In this document: one piece after another, positions 63,350-64,000 of the stretch
How positions within the stretch are numbered: the stretch's first letter is position 1
How the letters are laid out: every line of letters begins with the position of its first letter
Origin: Candidatus Spongiisociaceae bacterium
Lineage (GTDB): Bacteria; Actinomycetota; Acidimicrobiia; Spongiisociales; Spongiisociaceae
NCBI GenBank assembly: GCA_965219685.1
Contig: CBDCOH010000002.1
Coordinates: forward strand, 3,424,001 to 3,488,000
DNA length: 64,000 bases
Direction of reading: 5' to 3'
Notes under the pieces: model-generated
What the model saw: the letters and a program-made list of their open reading frames with translations, nothing else
The model's database searches: none
Told to the model about the DNA's origin: nothing
Program-made: the position numbers and the translations under genes

Positions 63350-63520
63350 TCACCTCAGCACCGCGATGATGATCGCCGCTGCGCTTGCCACTAGCCCGGT
63401 CATCCATCCGACGATCCACCGGGTCTGCTCGGCGAAGCGCTTCTCGATATCGGCGCGGAGGCCGGAGATGGCGGCGTCGAGCCGGTCCTGGCTCACGTAC
63501 CGATCAGTAGCGGTGGACAC
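63350..63520 (-). CDS. Small coiled-coil + C-terminal TM protein, copy B, 56 aa
   Basis: MSTATDRYVSQDRLDAAISGLRADIEKRFAEQTRWIVGWMTGLVASAAAIIIAVLR*; purine-rich RBS GAGGGAGGGAGAG before GTG. Confidence 0.75.
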   Translation of the reverse strand: MSTATDRYVSQDRLDAAISGLRADIEKRFAEQTRWIVGWMTGLVASAAAIIIAVLR

Positions 63521-63583
63521 AGACTCTCCCTCCCTCTCTTCCCCACCCTACCTAGCTACCAGCAGTAGTCAAAAGGAGTTATC

Positions 63584-63630
63584 ATTCACCATTCACCATT
63601 CACCATTCACCATTCACCATTCACCACTCA
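63584..63630 (-). repeat. (GGTGAAT)6 array starting at the acyl-CoA dehydrogenase stop; opposing (TCGGTAG)2 at 63212-63225
   Basis: 6 exact ATTCACC units on + strand. Confidence 0.95.
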
Positions 63631-64000
63631 ATCAATCACCGCTCGCTCCGACACCAGGCCCTTGGCGATCACCATCTTCATGATGTCGTTGGTGCCCTCG
63701 CCTATCACCATGAGGGGCGCATCGCGGTAGAGACGCTCGATGTCCAGTTCCTGGGAGTAGCCCATCCCGCCGTGGATCCGCATCGAGTCGAGGGAGTTCT
63801 CGACGCCGGCCTCGGATGCGAAGTACTTGGCCATTCCCGCCTCGATGTCGACCCGCTTGCCCTTGTCCGCCTCGGCGGCCGCCCACCAGGTGAGCAGCCG
63901 CGCCGCCTGCACCTTCGTGGCCATCTCGGCGAGCTTGAGCTGGATGGCCTGGAACCCGGAGATGGGCTTGCCGAACGCGTGCCGCTCCTTGCTGTACGCG
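63628..64000 (-). CDS. Acyl-CoA dehydrogenase (C-terminal part; 5' end beyond window)
   Basis: ERHAFGKPISGFQAIQLKLAEMAT, AGMAKYFASE, IHGGMGYS.E..IERLYRDA...IGEGT. Confidence 0.93.
   Translation of the reverse strand, partial: AYSKERHAFGKPISGFQAIQLKLAEMATKVQAARLLTWWAAAEADKGKRVDIEAGMAKYFASEAGVENSLDSMRIHGGMGYSQELDIERLYRDAPLMVIGEGTNDIMKMVIAKGLVSERAVID

Noticed and set aside
1-64000. Autonomous mobile element (IS, integrase, prophage, reverse transcriptase) driving the repeats
   Set aside because: No transposase, integrase, RT or phage motifs recognised in this window; any such factor would have to be encoded elsewhere.

Overview
This is a high-GC actinobacterial window. Protein style and gene order suggest Acidimicrobiia (inference). 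It spans the replication origin: gyrA-gyrB-dciA-recF-dnaN-[oriC]-dnaA | rpmH-rnpA-yidD-yidC-jag-parS-parA-parB | trxA-trxB-anti-sigma-ECF sigma-pseudokinase ... CCA-adding enzyme. Left of the origin are a SauS-like acylating aldehyde dehydrogenase with a divergent SucCD-like CoA ligase (probable sulfoacetate module), an MBL-rhodanese fusion, two low-GC RDD genes, a late cobalamin cluster (cobU,C,Q,D,cbiB,cobS,cobT) with a cobalamin riboswitch, Btu-type ABC importer and cobO, a VapBC45-like TA pair and a peptide-type ABC transporter. Right of the origin are an MFS transporter, MaoC dehydratases, AlkD, ArsC, two lectin-L,D-transpeptidase fusions, an LLM oxidoreductase and a partial acyl-CoA dehydrogenase. 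Four signals are not explained by the ORF track. (1) At least a dozen polarised 7-bp tandem arrays: the G-rich strand starts at stop codons, the complementary C-rich strand ends at start codons, and pairs often bracket short intergenic cargo. (2) Two unannotated paralogous ~55-aa coiled-coil+TM genes sit against such arrays. (3) ArsC has an in-frame UGA at its catalytic Cys followed by a hairpin (probable selenoprotein). (4) A C-terminal relic of an ERG4/ERG24 sterol-reductase-type gene lies inside the cob operon. All family calls come from motif recognition by eye; no searches were run.
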